DNA of 64,000 nt from Thermoanaerobaculia bacterium (GCA_963719225.1 CAVRAY010000001.1:640001-704000); one strand, 5' to 3'. Positions 48,874-60,591 are shown, numbered from the stretch's first letter. Numbers and translations: made by a program. The notes: generated from the sequence alone by a model not told the origin.

Positions 48874-51800
48874 ATGAGGAACTTGATGACCCTTCCGTCA
48901 GTCGGTACCAGGCGCGCCTCGACCCGGCTCATTCTTCTCGTTTTCTCGCTGCTTTGCGCGGAAGCTTTTTGGGCTTCGCATCTCGACGCACAGTGCACGC
49001 TTTCGGGGGCGCCCATTTCCTTCGAGCCCAGCCCCCCGGGTGCCGCGCGGCCGAGTGGCCTGGCCTCTGGAAAGCAGTTCGATCTGCAGCTCTTCCAGGC
49101 GGGCGGAAGCCCGCACATGCTGATGATGGAGGCCTTCGGCTACTCCGTTCTCGACGTGTCGAACCCGACGAATCCGACCGCGATCGTCTACGACGACATG
49201 CGCTTCACCGGAGAGATGCCCGCCGTCGGAGACGGCCAGAGCTACGTGGCCTCGATGGGCGTCTCGGCTGACGGCGGGCGCGTCGCGTTCAGCCTCAACA
49301 GCAACGCGTCGCCCGCTTTCGGCACGATCGTCGGATCGGGAAGCTCCCAGGGCTTCGACAATATGAAGGGCGACTTCACGCCCCGCGGTGCGTCGGGCGG
49401 AACCGCGATTCTGAACGTCGCGAACCGTTATCTCGCTTTCGCGCTTCTTCCGTACGGCGGAAGCGTCAATCCGGGCACGCTTTCCGTCGCGGACGTAACG
49501 AACCTCCCGTCCTCTCTCACCGCGACGAACATGACCTCCGAGACCGTCGCCAGCTCGACCGGCGGCTTCAACCTCTCGGTCGCGGGGACCAACGTCCTCT
49601 ACATCGCGAACGGGTCGATCCAGATCATCAACGCCTCGACTCCGGGTCCTGCCGGCAACATCCAGAGCGGCTTCCAGTACAACTCGATCGGGAGCAGCGA
49701 TCTCGGGCCGGGCGCCGGCACACCCACGTCGTTCAGCGCGGCCATCGACCCCTCGGACTCCTCGAAGCTCTGGGTGCTCGTCGAGACCTCGGGCCCGCTC
49801 GAGTACGCCCTCGTCAGTGTGAGGGGCGGCGCGAAGACTTCCGCCGGAGCGCGGTTCTCGATTCCGACGGGCGGCGGGAGCTGGGTGGGCGGCGGCGTGT
49901 CGGCTCTCGTCGCGAGCGGCAACAACGTCTTCGCCCTCATGTGGGCGAAGCAGAATGCCCCGAACGTGCTCTACCGCCTCTTCTCGAACAGCGTGGCCGC
50001 CTGGGGCTCGTGGTGCCGGGCCAGTTCGACGTCGATCCGGCGACGTATCCCCTGTTCGCGCTGAAGTCCACGATGCGCGGCCTCGCGGGCCCCGGCACCG
50101 CGCTCTACGGGTACGTCCCCACCAGCAACTCGGCGTTCGTCCTGCCGATGTCGTGCGTCTCGTCGAACGCGCCGGCGATCGCGTCCTGGCCGTGACGGAC
50201 CAGGCGGGCGCGTCCCTCGTCGGACGGCGCCACCGTGTTCCTCGGCGACGCGATCACGATCACGCCGACGGTCAATCCGCCGACGAGCATTCAGCCCTTG
50301 ACGGGCTTCGGCTGGAACTTCGATTTCGACTTCCACCCGGGGGTGGCCTCCGAGGACAACGGCACCAGCTCGTCGCCGCGCCTGCACGCGCCCGACAACG
50401 CGGCTCTCGGAAGCCCCGCGACCCCGCCGGCCGTGATCACCGTCGTGGGCCCGTGCGATCCGCAGGTGGCCGGCACGAGTCCCGGCAGCGGGGCCGGCTG
50501 CTGGGCTTCCGTGATGGGCAACGCCGCGTTCGCGGGCGGCACCTCGGACTTCACGGGAACCGAGCCGGGCGGAGCGACGAAGACATCTGAAGTTCGCGCT
50601 CGAAGCGAACAACGCTCTCGGCAGCGCGGGCGCGGGCATGTTCTCGCTGAATTGGAAGGTCCCGGCCATCCGGCTCAAGTCCGCGCAGATTCTCTCCGGC
50701 GGCTCCGTCGATGCCTCCGGCTCCGACGGCCATCCCTCGGGCGGGACCGGCTACAAGTGGTATTTCGGATCCACCTCGCCGCCACCGGCGGGCGAGTTCC
50801 TCTCTCTGGCTGCAAGCTGCACGGGACCGACGTGTGCCCACGCGTTTCCCGGAACGGGCACGCGCACTTTCAATGTCTTCACGACCGTGCCGTACGCGAA
50901 CGGCTACTCTCGCCGGAGTGCCCGGGGCTGCCCGTATCCTGCCAGCCGACGACGCCCCTCATCGTCCAGGTCGCGGACTTCCTGCCCTCGTTCCTCGTCG
51001 CCGGCAAGTCCGGCCCGCCCGTGACGCTCCTGACGAACACCTTCTTCAACGTCACGAACCAGTCGCAGGCGGGCGCCGTCACGGGGGTGGCATACACCTA
51101 CAGCCTCTGCACGGACATGACTGGCGCGGCGGCTCAGTGCACGAGCTATCGGCCCCTCAATTTCGCCGGCACGATCGCGCCGGTCCCGACGCCCTCCACG
51201 ACGGGCGCCTGGTACCTGCGGATCCGCGTGAACTACACGACTTCGGCCCCGCAGCAGATCGACGGCTCCCGACGATCCCCACCGTCTCGGACCCGAAGGC
51301 CTTCCCGCTCATCGTCTCGAACGTGATTCCGGCGATCCACGTGTTCGTCAACGGCGTGGACCCGTGCGCGCCCGGGTTCGCGTGTAATCCGAACCAGGTC
51401 GACGCCTTCACGGGCGATACGCTCACGGCGTGGTCTTACGTTTCAGGAGCGCCTGATCCGAATCCTCCCGGGATCGTGTGGAGCTTTCCGGGCGCTTCGC
51501 CCGGGAACGGCTCCGGACAGAACGTCGCCTTTGCCTACGGCACGGGCGGTTCCTACACGATCACGATGGACGGCTACGGCACGCCGTATACCGTCTCCGC
51601 CCAGATTACGCAGCGCAGCGCGACGCCTCTCTCGGTCAACGTGTCCGCGAGCCCGAATCCCGCGAGCGTGAATGCCTCGGTCAACTTCACGTGCAGCGCT
51701 TCCGGCGGCTCCGGCAGCGGTTACAGCTTCTCGTGGTCGGGGAATGCGTTCTCGGGATCTCCCGGGACAGAGCATCAGCCGGTCCTTCGGCAACGCCGGG

Positions 51801-54252
51801 ACGTACCGGCGCAGTGCAGCGTGACCGACAGCGCAAATCATGCGGCCAGCGGGGCCGTCGACCTCACGGTGCAGGCTGAGCGGCGGAGGGAACTGCACGA
51901 ACGCGGACTTCCACATCACCGTGGGAGGCGCCGGTTCGTTCCCGAGCCCGGGCTTCTCGGTCGCGGCGGGCGAGGCCGTGACGTTCATCCCCAACAGCGC
52001 CTACAACAGCTGGAGCTGGAGCTTCGGCGACGGCGCGACCGACTCGACGCAGATCCCGACGCACACGTACTCGAGCCCGGGCACGTACTACGGTGTCGTT
52101 GACCGCGAATGGCGACTGCACGCGCTCGTATCAGATCGTCGTGACCGGCGGCGGCACCGGCGGGCCCAGCAGCGCCTGCACGACGGTGGACTTCTCGATC
52201 GTGGACGGATCGACGGGTCTCTCGAGCTGCGGTCCGTTCGGATGCTCGGGAGCGACAGGGTATGCGCTCTCGTTCGTTCCGAACCCGGCCATGACCCAGA
52301 CCTTCACGTCCTGGAACTTCGGCGACGGCTCGACCTCGACGAGCTCCGCGGGGGCGCACACGTACGCGGGCGGGGGGACGTTCACGGTCACGCTCACCGC
52401 GGGGAGCTGCACGAAGACCAAGGAAATCAGCATCTCCGGACCCGTCGGTCTCAGCGGTTTGTTCACCGCGAAGTACGCCGACAATTCGGCGTTCCAGCCC
52501 ACGCAGGTCGCATCAGGCAAGGCCGTGAGCTTCCTCGCGATCGACGCGGCGGACACGTATACGTGGGACTTCGGCGACGGCACGTCGCCCGTGACGGGCC
52601 AGACGCCGTCGCACACGTACATCACGCCGGGCACGACGCCTTTCACGTACACGGCCACGCTGAGCGTGACGAGGGGAACCGGAACCTCGGCCCAGAACGC
52701 TTCGACGACACAGTCCTTCACGATCATCCCGCCGCCCGAGCCGCCGAAGTGGTTCGTCGCGGGAATGGCCTACCTCCAGGGCTCGCTGGAGGGAACGCTC
52801 TGGCAGACGGACCTGACCCTCTTCAACCCCGACCCGAGCCGTCAGGGAACGTATTCCCTCGCCTTCCTCGACGGACGAACCCCCGTCGATCCGGCCCAGC
52901 TCGTCTGGAAGACGATCACCGTCGCCCCGCAGTCGAGCGCCTCGGCGTCGAACATCCTGGCCTTCTTCGGGCAGCCTCTCGGAAGCTATGGGGCCCTCCT
53001 GGTGCGCGGCGACTCCGCTCCGGTGCCGCCCGTTCTCACCTCACGCACGTTCAACACGGGAGATCCCGCGAAGGGCACGTTCGGGCTGTCCGTGCCGTCC
53101 ACGCAGCCGTCGAGCGGCCTCACGACGCAGGCCGCGCTCTCGCAGCAGTTCCTCATCGGCCTGCGCGACGACGCCACGGCGTACACGAACATCGGCCTCG
53201 TGAACCTCACGACCGACTGGAGCCACGCCCGGCTCTCGTTCCTGGACCGCAGCGGCGCCACGAGCCTCGGTCAGGTGAACGTGGACGTGCCGCCTTACGG
53301 CGTCGCACAGCTCTCGCGCCCGCTCTTCGCGTCCCCGCCCTCGGGCGTCGGGTTCCCCGACCCACTCGAGGCGTTCAGCGTCAAGGTGACGGTGCTCTCC
53401 GGCGGCGCCGTCTTCCCCTATGCCACCGTGATCGACCGCCGGTCCACGGACTCCGTCGTCGTGACCGTCTCCGACCGGCCCTCGAATACCTACCGGGTGC
53501 CGGGCGTCATCCGCCTCCAGGGCGCGAACAACACCGTGTGGCGGAGCCGCTTCTACATCACGAACCCCTCGACGTCGACGCGGCGGGCCTCCATCTCTTA
53601 CTCGTTCGTCCCCTGCGACGCGACCGGGTGCAAGAACCGGGTCACGGGCCTGCAGAGCGAGGTCACGCTCCTGCCGGGCGAGACGCTCTGGTCCGACGAC
53701 TTCCCGAAGGTGTGGCTCTCCTACTTCGGGTTCGACGTCACCGATACGACTGCATATCAGGCCTCGTACATCGACGTCGCCCCGGCGGTCGACGACCCCA
53801 TCCAGGAGCCGCTGCTCGTCCTCGGCGAGACGTACAACGACCAGCCGTCGGGTCCCGTGGGCCTTCAGGTTCCGGGCTTCACCGACCTGGATGCCGCCTC
53901 GAAGACGGGTGCGAACAAGCGCCTCCTCCTGGCGGGGCTCGTCTCGAACGCGTCGTACCGCACGAACATCTCGGTTTTCCTCCAGAGCGGCGCGTCGGGG
54001 CGGTGCACGGTACGCGTGCTGTCGGATCTCGGCATCGAGCTCGCTCGCCAGGATCTCGGGTTCGGCGGCTCGACGACGTTCATACAGCTCAACGACAACA
54101 ACACGGGAATCTTCAGCTCGCTCTCCGGGACCAAGGAACGACTCAACGTCGTGATCGACTCGTTCGACGGCGCGCCCATCTCCGCGTACGCGACCATCAT
54201 CGACAACACTTCCGGTGACGCGACGTTCCTGAAGGCGCAGCCGGCTCCCTGA
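48874..54252 (+). CDS. Giant secreted PKD-domain surface protein (~1790 aa when joined); ~10 apparent frameshifts between 50010 and 52095
   Basis: Signal peptide; PKD motifs WSFGDG, WNFGDG, WDFGDG with HTY..GTYTVTL; duplicated C-terminal module; protein-like reading can be threaded through successive frames. Confidence 0.7.
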
Positions 54253-55466
54253 CGATTTCCGCAGCGACTTCTCCCGCGTATTCCTTCTCGAACCTGAGCA
54301 AGGTATACCGGCTCTACCCGGCGCCGCGCGACCGTTTCTACGAGCTGATGACGGGGCGTCCGCGTCACGCCGAGGTCCACGCGCTCAGGGACGTCTCCGG
54401 GGGAATCGACCGCGGCGCGGTTCTCGGCGTCATCGGCGAAAACGGCTCGGGCAAGAGCACGCTCTTCAAGATCCTCGCGGGGACCACGGCGGCGACGTCG
54501 GGAAGCGTCTCGCTGCCCGGCCGTGTGGCGTCGATTCTCGAGCTCGGATCCGCCTTTCATCCGGAGGACACGGGTCGGCGCAACGTGATCCTGCAGGCCG
54601 CGCTCGCGGGCCTCTCGCGCGAGGAGGTCTCCGCGGCCCTGCCGGAAATCGAGGCGTTCGCCGAGCTCGGCGATTTCTTCGACCGTCCCGTCAAGACGTA
54701 CTCGTCGGGCATGCAGATGCGGCTCGCGTTCTCGGTCGCGACGGCCGTGCTTCCCGACGTCATTCTCCTGGACGAAGCGCTCGCGGTGGGTGACGGCCGT
54801 TTTCAGAAGAAGTGCGTCGACCGCATCTTCGAGCTCAAGGCGTCAGGCAAGACGATCTTCTTCTGCAGCCACGCCATGTATTACGTGTCGACTCTGTGCG
54901 ACCGCGCGATATGGCTGGACGCGGGCTGCGTGGCCGCCGAGGGAGACGCACAAAGCGTCGTTCTCGAATACGAGAAGTTCCTCGCCCGCAAGGACCGCCT
55001 CGTGGCCTCTCACGGGGCCGAGGCCGCCGTGCCTTCGGGAACGCACGGGCGATTTCGCGACGTCGTCGTCACGGGCGCCGACGGAACGCCGAAGGACGAG
55101 TTCCAGCCGGGGGAACCGTGGGGCGTGGAGCTGGAGTTCGGTGCCGACGATCCCGCGCGGCCCCTTCAGATCCATCTCGCGGTCTCGACACGCGACAACG
55201 TGGTGTGCTTTTCCGCAGACTCGCGGCTCGACGGCTCGGGGCCCTTCTCCGGACAGTCCGCGTATCGCGTACGGATCGGCGTCGACGCTCTCCCGCTCGG
55301 GAAGGGCGAGTTCGTCGTCTACGCGTATCTCGCCGACGAGAAGTCGCTCGCGCTCTTCGACGCACGGAGTGACCGGACGTTCCACGTCGAGTCCGACACG
55401 TGGCGGAGCGGCCTCATGAGCCTGCCGGCGACCTGGACGTCGATCCCCGCGCGCAACGATGGCTGA
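54249..55466 (+). CDS. wzt: Polysaccharide ABC transporter ATP-binding protein with C-terminal carbohydrate-binding domain; start uncertain
   Basis: LSKVYRLY upstream of first ATG (54348); GENGSGKST, YSSGMQMRLAFS, DEALAVGDGRFQKKC; Wzt_C-like tail. Confidence 0.9.
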   Translation: MTISAATSPAYSFSNLSKVYRLYPAPRDRFYELMTGRPRHAEVHALRDVSGGIDRGAVLGVIGENGSGKSTLFKILAGTTAATSGSVSLPGRVASILELGSAFHPEDTGRRNVILQAALAGLSREEVSAALPEIEAFAELGDFFDRPVKTYSSGMQMRLAFSVATAVLPDVILLDEALAVGDGRFQKKCVDRIFELKASGKTIFFCSHAMYYVSTLCDRAIWLDAGCVAAEGDAQSVVLEYEKFLARKDRLVASHGAEAAVPSGTHGRFRDVVVTGADGTPKDEFQPGEPWGVELEFGADDPARPLQIHLAVSTRDNVVCFSADSRLDGSGPFSGQSAYRVRIGVDALPLGKGEFVVYAYLADEKSLALFDARSDRTFHVESDTWRSGLMSLPATWTSIPARNDG

Positions 55467-55468
55467 CG

Positions 55469-56476
55469 ATGAGGATCGCCTACGTCCTCGAGTCCCTCGA
55501 GCTGTCGGGCGGCGTCAAGGTCGTCGTCGAGCATGCCGCCGGCCTGAAGGCGCGTGGGCACGACGTCGTCCTCGTCACGCGGGACGGCCGACACGACTGG
55601 CTCGACGTTCCGGTGAGAGTCCACGAGGTTCCGGTGTTCGACGGGTCGACTCTTCCCGAGGCCGACGTCCACGTCGCCACCTGGTTTCCAACCGTCGTTC
55701 CCGTGGTGAGCGCGCGCCGTGCGGCGCGCATCTTCCATTTCTGCCAGGGCTACGAGGCCCCTCATCCGCACACGCTTCACCGCCTCGGAGAGATCGAGGA
55801 AGCCTATCGGCAGGACGTTCCGAAGCTCGTCGTCTCGGCGCACCTCCTTCCGCTTCTCGAAGGACGTTATCCGGGGCCGTTCCACGTGCTCCCGCAGACG
55901 ATTCCCGCTCGGGATTTCGTGCCTCCGGATCCCAAGCGCGCCTCGCCGCGTCGTCCCGCGGTCGTGGGCGTCGTCGGGCCTTTCGAAGCTCCCCTCAAGG
56001 GAATCGGGGTCGCCCTGCGGGCCGTCCTCAAGCTTCGGGAGGAAGGCCGCGATGTCCGACTTCACCGCGCGAGCGCTCTGCCTCTCACCGAGCCCGAGCG
56101 CGCCCTCCTCAAGGCGGACGCGTATTCCCAGGCTCTGTCCGCCAGCGCGATGCCCGCCTGGTATCACGGGCTCGACGTCCTTCTCCACCCGTCGTTCGAC
56201 GCCGAGGGATTCCCGCTTCCGCCGCTCGAAGCGCTGGCCGCGGGCGTCCCCGTCGTCCTCACCGACATCCCCTCCTTCGCGACTCTTCCCGCCGGGGCCG
56301 TGGCGCGGGTGAGTCCGGGAGACGCCTCCGGCATGGCACGGGAGGCGGCGCGGCTCCTCGACGAGCCGGAACTTTGGGCGGAGCGAAGGGCCCGAGGCAT
56401 GGAGGTCGCACGGACCTTTTCGCTGGATCGCGTCCTCGACCGGCTCGAGGCGCTCTTCTCTCAGAAGACGTCGTGA
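55469..56476 (+). CDS. Glycosyltransferase family 4
   Basis: SGGVKVV, ATWFPT, FCQGYE, EGFPLPPLEALAAG. Confidence 0.9.
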   Translation: MRIAYVLESLELSGGVKVVVEHAAGLKARGHDVVLVTRDGRHDWLDVPVRVHEVPVFDGSTLPEADVHVATWFPTVVPVVSARRAARIFHFCQGYEAPHPHTLHRLGEIEEAYRQDVPKLVVSAHLLPLLEGRYPGPFHVLPQTIPARDFVPPDPKRASPRRPAVVGVVGPFEAPLKGIGVALRAVLKLREEGRDVRLHRASALPLTEPERALLKADAYSQALSASAMPAWYHGLDVLLHPSFDAEGFPLPPLEALAAGVPVVLTDIPSFATLPAGAVARVSPGDASGMAREAARLLDEPELWAERRARGMEVARTFSLDRVLDRLEALFSQKTS

Positions 56477-57423
56477 TCGAGGAATCGGTAATCGAAGACG
56501 GCTGCGGCGCGCGCGACCCCGAACGCGGGATGGAACGGGCGCACGGTGAAATGCGTGTCCGTGTCCGCCCCCACGAAGCCGAGCTCGGCGGCGCGCGCAG
56601 CGAGGCCGCTCGCCGATCCCGCCCGCAGGACCAGCGTCCGCGCCGCGGTCCTGCCGAGCGTCTCCTCGATCGCGTCGAGAAGATCCGCCACGGCGCCGCC
56701 TCCCTCGTCGGCGGCCTGGAGATCGACGAGGAGGGCGCGATCGGCGACCGTCCTGAGGGCGGCATACGCGGTCGAATGGCCGCGTCCGTCGAGGAGCTCG
56801 TGCACGTCGTACGAGACGCCCGGGCGCGCGAATCGCCAGTCGAGCGTGGTGCGCGAGCGATCGGTGCGCCAGCCGGGACGCGCATGCAGCGCTTCTGCGA
56901 GCGCGTCGTGAGCTACCGAAACCGCCGAACCGCGGCGGTGCCGCAGCCGGCGCCGCCGGAGGCGCTTGAGGAGGCCGAGTCTGCCGATGGGCCGTGTCCA
57001 TTCCGCGGCGGGCTCGACGGAGAGGTAGCCGAGCGTGCTCTCGCCCACGCGGCGGTGCCGGTGGTTCGGGAAGCCGAGGACGAAGGGGGCCCCCGCCGCG
57101 CCGTTCCGTTCGAAGAACTCCGATCCGACGCGCTGAAAAAGCGTGCTGCGTCCGAGCGCGCGAGACGACGGCGCGGTCATCACGTCGACCGCGGCGAGCC
57201 CGGGGAGATCGCCTTCGCGTCCGCGGTAGCGCGTCCCGAGGCCGCCGAAGAAGCCGATCGCTTTCCCTCGGTCGAATGCGCCGACGGACACCGCGGCGTG
57301 CGGACAGCGGTCGTATTTCCATGCCCAGTCTTCCGGCGAGGCCTCGGCCCCGAACGCCTCGCGGAAGAGAGCGAGGAGTGCCGGCCGGTCGGCGGGCGTC
57401 GCGGGGCGCACCTCCACGGGCAT
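56461..57423 (-). CDS. GNAT family N-acyltransferase
   Basis: VRPATPAD, WAWKY, DVMTAPSSR, GFPN, LDWRF. Confidence 0.8.
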   Translation of the reverse strand: MPVEVRPATPADRPALLALFREAFGAEASPEDWAWKYDRCPHAAVSVGAFDRGKAIGFFGGLGTRYRGREGDLPGLAAVDVMTAPSSRALGRSTLFQRVGSEFFERNGAAGAPFVLGFPNHRHRRVGESTLGYLSVEPAAEWTRPIGRLGLLKRLRRRRLRHRRGSAVSVAHDALAEALHARPGWRTDRSRTTLDWRFARPGVSYDVHELLDGRGHSTAYAALRTVADRALLVDLQAADEGGGAVADLLDAIEETLGRTAARTLVLRAGSASGLAARAAELGFVGADTDTHFTVRPFHPAFGVARAAAVFDYRFLDHDVF

Positions 57424-57440
57424 CGGTCCGAAAATACCTC

Positions 57441-58505
57441 ATGCCTCTGATTTCCGCCGTCTTCGTGAGCTATCGCTCGGCGGGACTGGCCGCGCGCGCG
57501 CTCGAGAGCGTTCGCCGGGATGCGGCGGAAGCGAACCTCGCGCTCGAGACGATCGCCGTCGTGAACTCGGGTGATCCGGAAGAATCGCGCGCCCTGGCGT
57601 CGTCGGCGGATCGCGTCGTTTTTCCCGGCCGGAATCTCGGTTTCGCGGGCGGCCTCAACGCCGGGATCGAGGTCGCGCGCGGGGAGATCCTCGTCCTCGC
57701 GAATCCGGACGTCGTCGTTCGCGCGGGCGCGCTTGCCGCGCTCGCGGCGGAGGCGCGGAGCGGGCTCGGCGCGGCCGGGCCGGCGCTCTTTCTCGATGAC
57801 GCCGAGACACTCCACCTCCCGCCCGCCGAAGAGCCCCACCCCTTCGAGCTCGCGCGCCGCCGCCTCGATGGAGCGGGCGCGGCGGCCGCGTTCCGGCGGC
57901 GATTCCGGCGCGCGCGCGGGGCGGCCGAAGCGGAGGAGCGAAACGAGACCCGCCCGGCGACGGCCCTCTCGGGGGCGTTCGTCGCCGTCTCGCGGCAGAC
58001 GCTCGAACGCGTCGGGACTTTCGACGAGGGTTACTCCCTCTACTTCGAGGAGAACGACTGGCAGCGGCGCCTGAGGATGGCCGGGGGCCGCCTGGTTCGC
58101 GTCGGCGCCGCGCGCGTCGTCCATCGGTACAACCAGAGCGCCCGCCTCGAGCCGCGCGCCGCGGGCTGGTTCGCGGCGTCCGAGCGCCGCTACTTCGAGT
58201 CGCATTTTCCCGGCCGCGGCGTACGCGCGCTCGAGGCTCTCGCCGCGGGTGCCCCGTCGAGAGCAGCCGGCGCTCCCGTTCCGGCGCCGATGGGAAACGG
58301 CGTCATTTCGTTCGACGCGCCGTCCGCCGCCATCGCGCTCTCACCGGTCCCGGACTTCGGCGGCTTCGCGCTCGATCTGCACGCCGCGGGCGGCTCCTGG
58401 CGGCCGCCGGAAGACGTGCGGCGAGGCTTCGGCGGCGCCACGTGGTTCGTGCGGGCTGTCGAGGTCGAGTCGGGTCGCGTCCTCGCCGAGGGAACGCTCT
58501 CCTGA
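57441..58505 (+). CDS. Glycosyltransferase family 2 (WbbL-like)
   Basis: NLGFAGGLNAG, NPD, FDEGYSLYFEENDW. Confidence 0.85.
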   Translation: MPLISAVFVSYRSAGLAARALESVRRDAAEANLALETIAVVNSGDPEESRALASSADRVVFPGRNLGFAGGLNAGIEVARGEILVLANPDVVVRAGALAALAAEARSGLGAAGPALFLDDAETLHLPPAEEPHPFELARRRLDGAGAAAAFRRRFRRARGAAEAEERNETRPATALSGAFVAVSRQTLERVGTFDEGYSLYFEENDWQRRLRMAGGRLVRVGAARVVHRYNQSARLEPRAAGWFAASERRYFESHFPGRGVRALEALAAGAPSRAAGAPVPAPMGNGVISFDAPSAAIALSPVPDFGGFALDLHAAGGSWRPPEDVRRGFGGATWFVRAVEVESGRVLAEGTLS

Positions 58506-58539
58506 TTCTCCGGCGCTTCACGGGCGGTGAAGGGGGCAA

Positions 58540-58563
58540 GGGGAAACACGACCGTGTTTCCCC
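58540..58563. terminator. Hairpin between convergent glycosyltransferase genes
   Basis: GGGGAAACAC-GACC-GTGTTTCCCC perfect stem. Confidence 0.55.
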
Positions 58564-58578
58564 CATCACTGGCAGCTG

Positions 58579-60591
58579 CTAGCGCGCCTTTTCCCGCCGC
58601 ATGCGAAGCACGCGGCGCGCTAGCTGGGCCGTCTTCCAGACGCGCGAGCCCGCGATCGCCTTCAGCGTCGAGCCGAGCTCGTGCCGCTCTCCCGCGAGCG
58701 CGGTGCGCGTGCGGTGCTCGAAGGCGAGGAGCTCGAGCGCCGCGCGCTCGCCCGGCGGGATCACCCGTGCCGGCGGGAGTCGGTCCATGAACGCGCGGAA
58801 TCGTGTCGCAGTGAGCTTCCACGTGAAGCGGCGCGCTGTCTCGACTCCTTTGGCCGCGAGGCGCTCGCGGAGAGCCGGGTCGTCGAGGAGACGCCGGATG
58901 CCCGCGGCGAGCGCGCCCGGATCCCGCGGGGTAACGAGGAGGGCGTTGACGTCGTGGATAGCGTATTCCGAGACGCCTCCGGAGTCCGTCAGGACGCACG
59001 TGGCCCCGCTGGCCATTCCCTCGAGCCCGATGAGGCCGAAGCCCTGGTAGAGAGAGGGATCGATCACGACGTGCACCGTCGAAAGGAGCTTCGGCACCTC
59101 GTCCCGCTGCAGCGTGCCGAGATGCGCGTGCCGGAACCGGGGCGCGTCTACAGGCACCGCCGCCTGCCCGAAAAGGACGATCTCGACGTCGGGCCGGTCC
59201 GCGATCTCGGCGAGCGCGGAAAGGAGGAATTTCATGCCGCGGCGTTCGTCCTGCCTGAGCATGGCCGCGATGCGCACGGGCGGACTCGCCGGCCGGTCTC
59301 CCCGCGGGTAGTACACGTCGGGATCCGCGCTGATCGGGACGGGAATCGCCGTGTGTCCGTGTCGCGCCTCGATCTCTTTCGCGATCCAGCTCGAGACCGC
59401 GACGATGCGCGGGATGAGGTCGTATGTCCGCGCGACGTACTCGGGCGGGTCGGAACCAAACCAGCCTTCGTAATCCTGGACGAAATAGGCCGTCTGGATC
59501 CCCCGGGATGCCGCGGCGGCCGCCACGTGGGCGACCGTCTGGTAGCCGGTGGCGACGAGAAGCTTCGCGGGCGGACACTGTTCGAGGAATTCCGCCGTGG
59601 AAAGGCGCAGGGGCCGGAAGAAGAGCTCCATCACGATTTCCGGCGGCACCGTTTCGAAGACGACGACGCCGGCCTTGACGCCCTGGAGGACCAGCGCGTT
59701 CGCGAGCTCGAGGATGGTCGCGACGCCCCCGTAGACCCCGAGGAGCGGCAGGACGAAGAGGACGTCGTACGGAGCCGCCGGCTCGGAGTCGGGCAGCGTC
59801 CATTCGAACGTCGCGGCGTCGCGCACGACGCCGAGCTCGTTCTTCCCGTTGAATTCGGCGAGCTCCTTCTCGTGCCTGTCCCGCCAGCGGGACATCAGGA
59901 TCCTGAGATTCTGGGTGAAGCGGGCGTCCGAGTCCGAGAAGCTCGCACCCTGGCGGTGGTGGATCCACGTGTCGTCGGCGACGACGCAGCGCCAGCCCGC
60001 GTCACGCGCGCGGTAATGCAGGTCGGTCTCCTCGCAGTAGCCGCGCCCGAAAACCTCGTCGAAGACTCCGAGCGTGCGGATGACCTCCCGCCTCACGAGG
60101 AGGCAGTACCCGACGATCGTCGTCGCGTCCGGGTATCGCGCGGGGCTCGTGCGCGCGACGCGGCGCGCGAACGAGAAGACGTCGGCGCCGGGCGGAAGCT
60201 TCACGGAGAGGTTCACGGCGCCGTTCGCGAGCGGGCAGCAGAGGCCGATCGTGGGATCCCGTTCGCACCGCGCCACCATCCGCTCGAGCGCTCCTTCCGT
60301 GAGGAGCGTGTCCGAATTCAGGAGACAGACCCAGGGGGCGTCCGAGAAGAGGAGTCCGCGGTTCGCGGTCTTGACGAAGCCGATGTTCACTTCGTTTTCG
60401 AGGAGGACGATTCCCTCCTGCGCCCTGAGGAACTCGGTCGTTCGCGCGTCGCTCCCGTCGTTGACGACGACGATGCGAGCCCAGGGAGGGGCGAAGTGGC
60501 GCACGCTCTCGAGGCAGTCGCGCGTCGAGCGCAGCGCGTTGTAGACCGGGATGACGAGGTCGCAGCGCACTGCGGTGGCCGGCGCCGTCAT
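58579..60591 (-). CDS. Bifunctional GT2-GT4 glycosyltransferase with C-terminal coiled coil
   Basis: IPVYN, NDGS, LLNSD, GYCEETD; YFVQDYE, QGFGLIGLEGMASG; tail IAGSRVWK. Confidence 0.88.
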   Translation of the reverse strand: MTAPATAVRCDLVIPVYNALRSTRDCLESVRHFAPPWARIVVVNDGSDARTTEFLRAQEGIVLLENEVNIGFVKTANRGLLFSDAPWVCLLNSDTLLTEGALERMVARCERDPTIGLCCPLANGAVNLSVKLPPGADVFSFARRVARTSPARYPDATTIVGYCLLVRREVIRTLGVFDEVFGRGYCEETDLHYRARDAGWRCVVADDTWIHHRQGASFSDSDARFTQNLRILMSRWRDRHEKELAEFNGKNELGVVRDAATFEWTLPDSEPAAPYDVLFVLPLLGVYGGVATILELANALVLQGVKAGVVVFETVPPEIVMELFFRPLRLSTAEFLEQCPPAKLLVATGYQTVAHVAAAAASRGIQTAYFVQDYEGWFGSDPPEYVARTYDLIPRIVAVSSWIAKEIEARHGHTAIPVPISADPDVYYPRGDRPASPPVRIAAMLRQDERRGMKFLLSALAEIADRPDVEIVLFGQAAVPVDAPRFRHAHLGTLQRDEVPKLLSTVHVVIDPSLYQGFGLIGLEGMASGATCVLTDSGGVSEYAIHDVNALLVTPRDPGALAAGIRRLLDDPALRERLAAKGVETARRFTWKLTATRFRAFMDRLPPARVIPPGERAALELLAFEHRTRTALAGERHELGSTLKAIAGSRVWKTAQLARRVLRMRREKAR

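Noticed and set aside
48040-52095. Programmed frameshifting, phase variation or a diversity-generating retroelement as the cause of the broken surface genes
   Set aside because: Slips are numerous and not at long homopolymers, SSRs or slippery heptamers; no reverse transcriptase or TR/VR pair seen
58500-58580. REP/MITE element at the intergenic hairpin
   Set aside because: Single copy in the window, with no flanking target duplication or transposase; treated as a probable terminator
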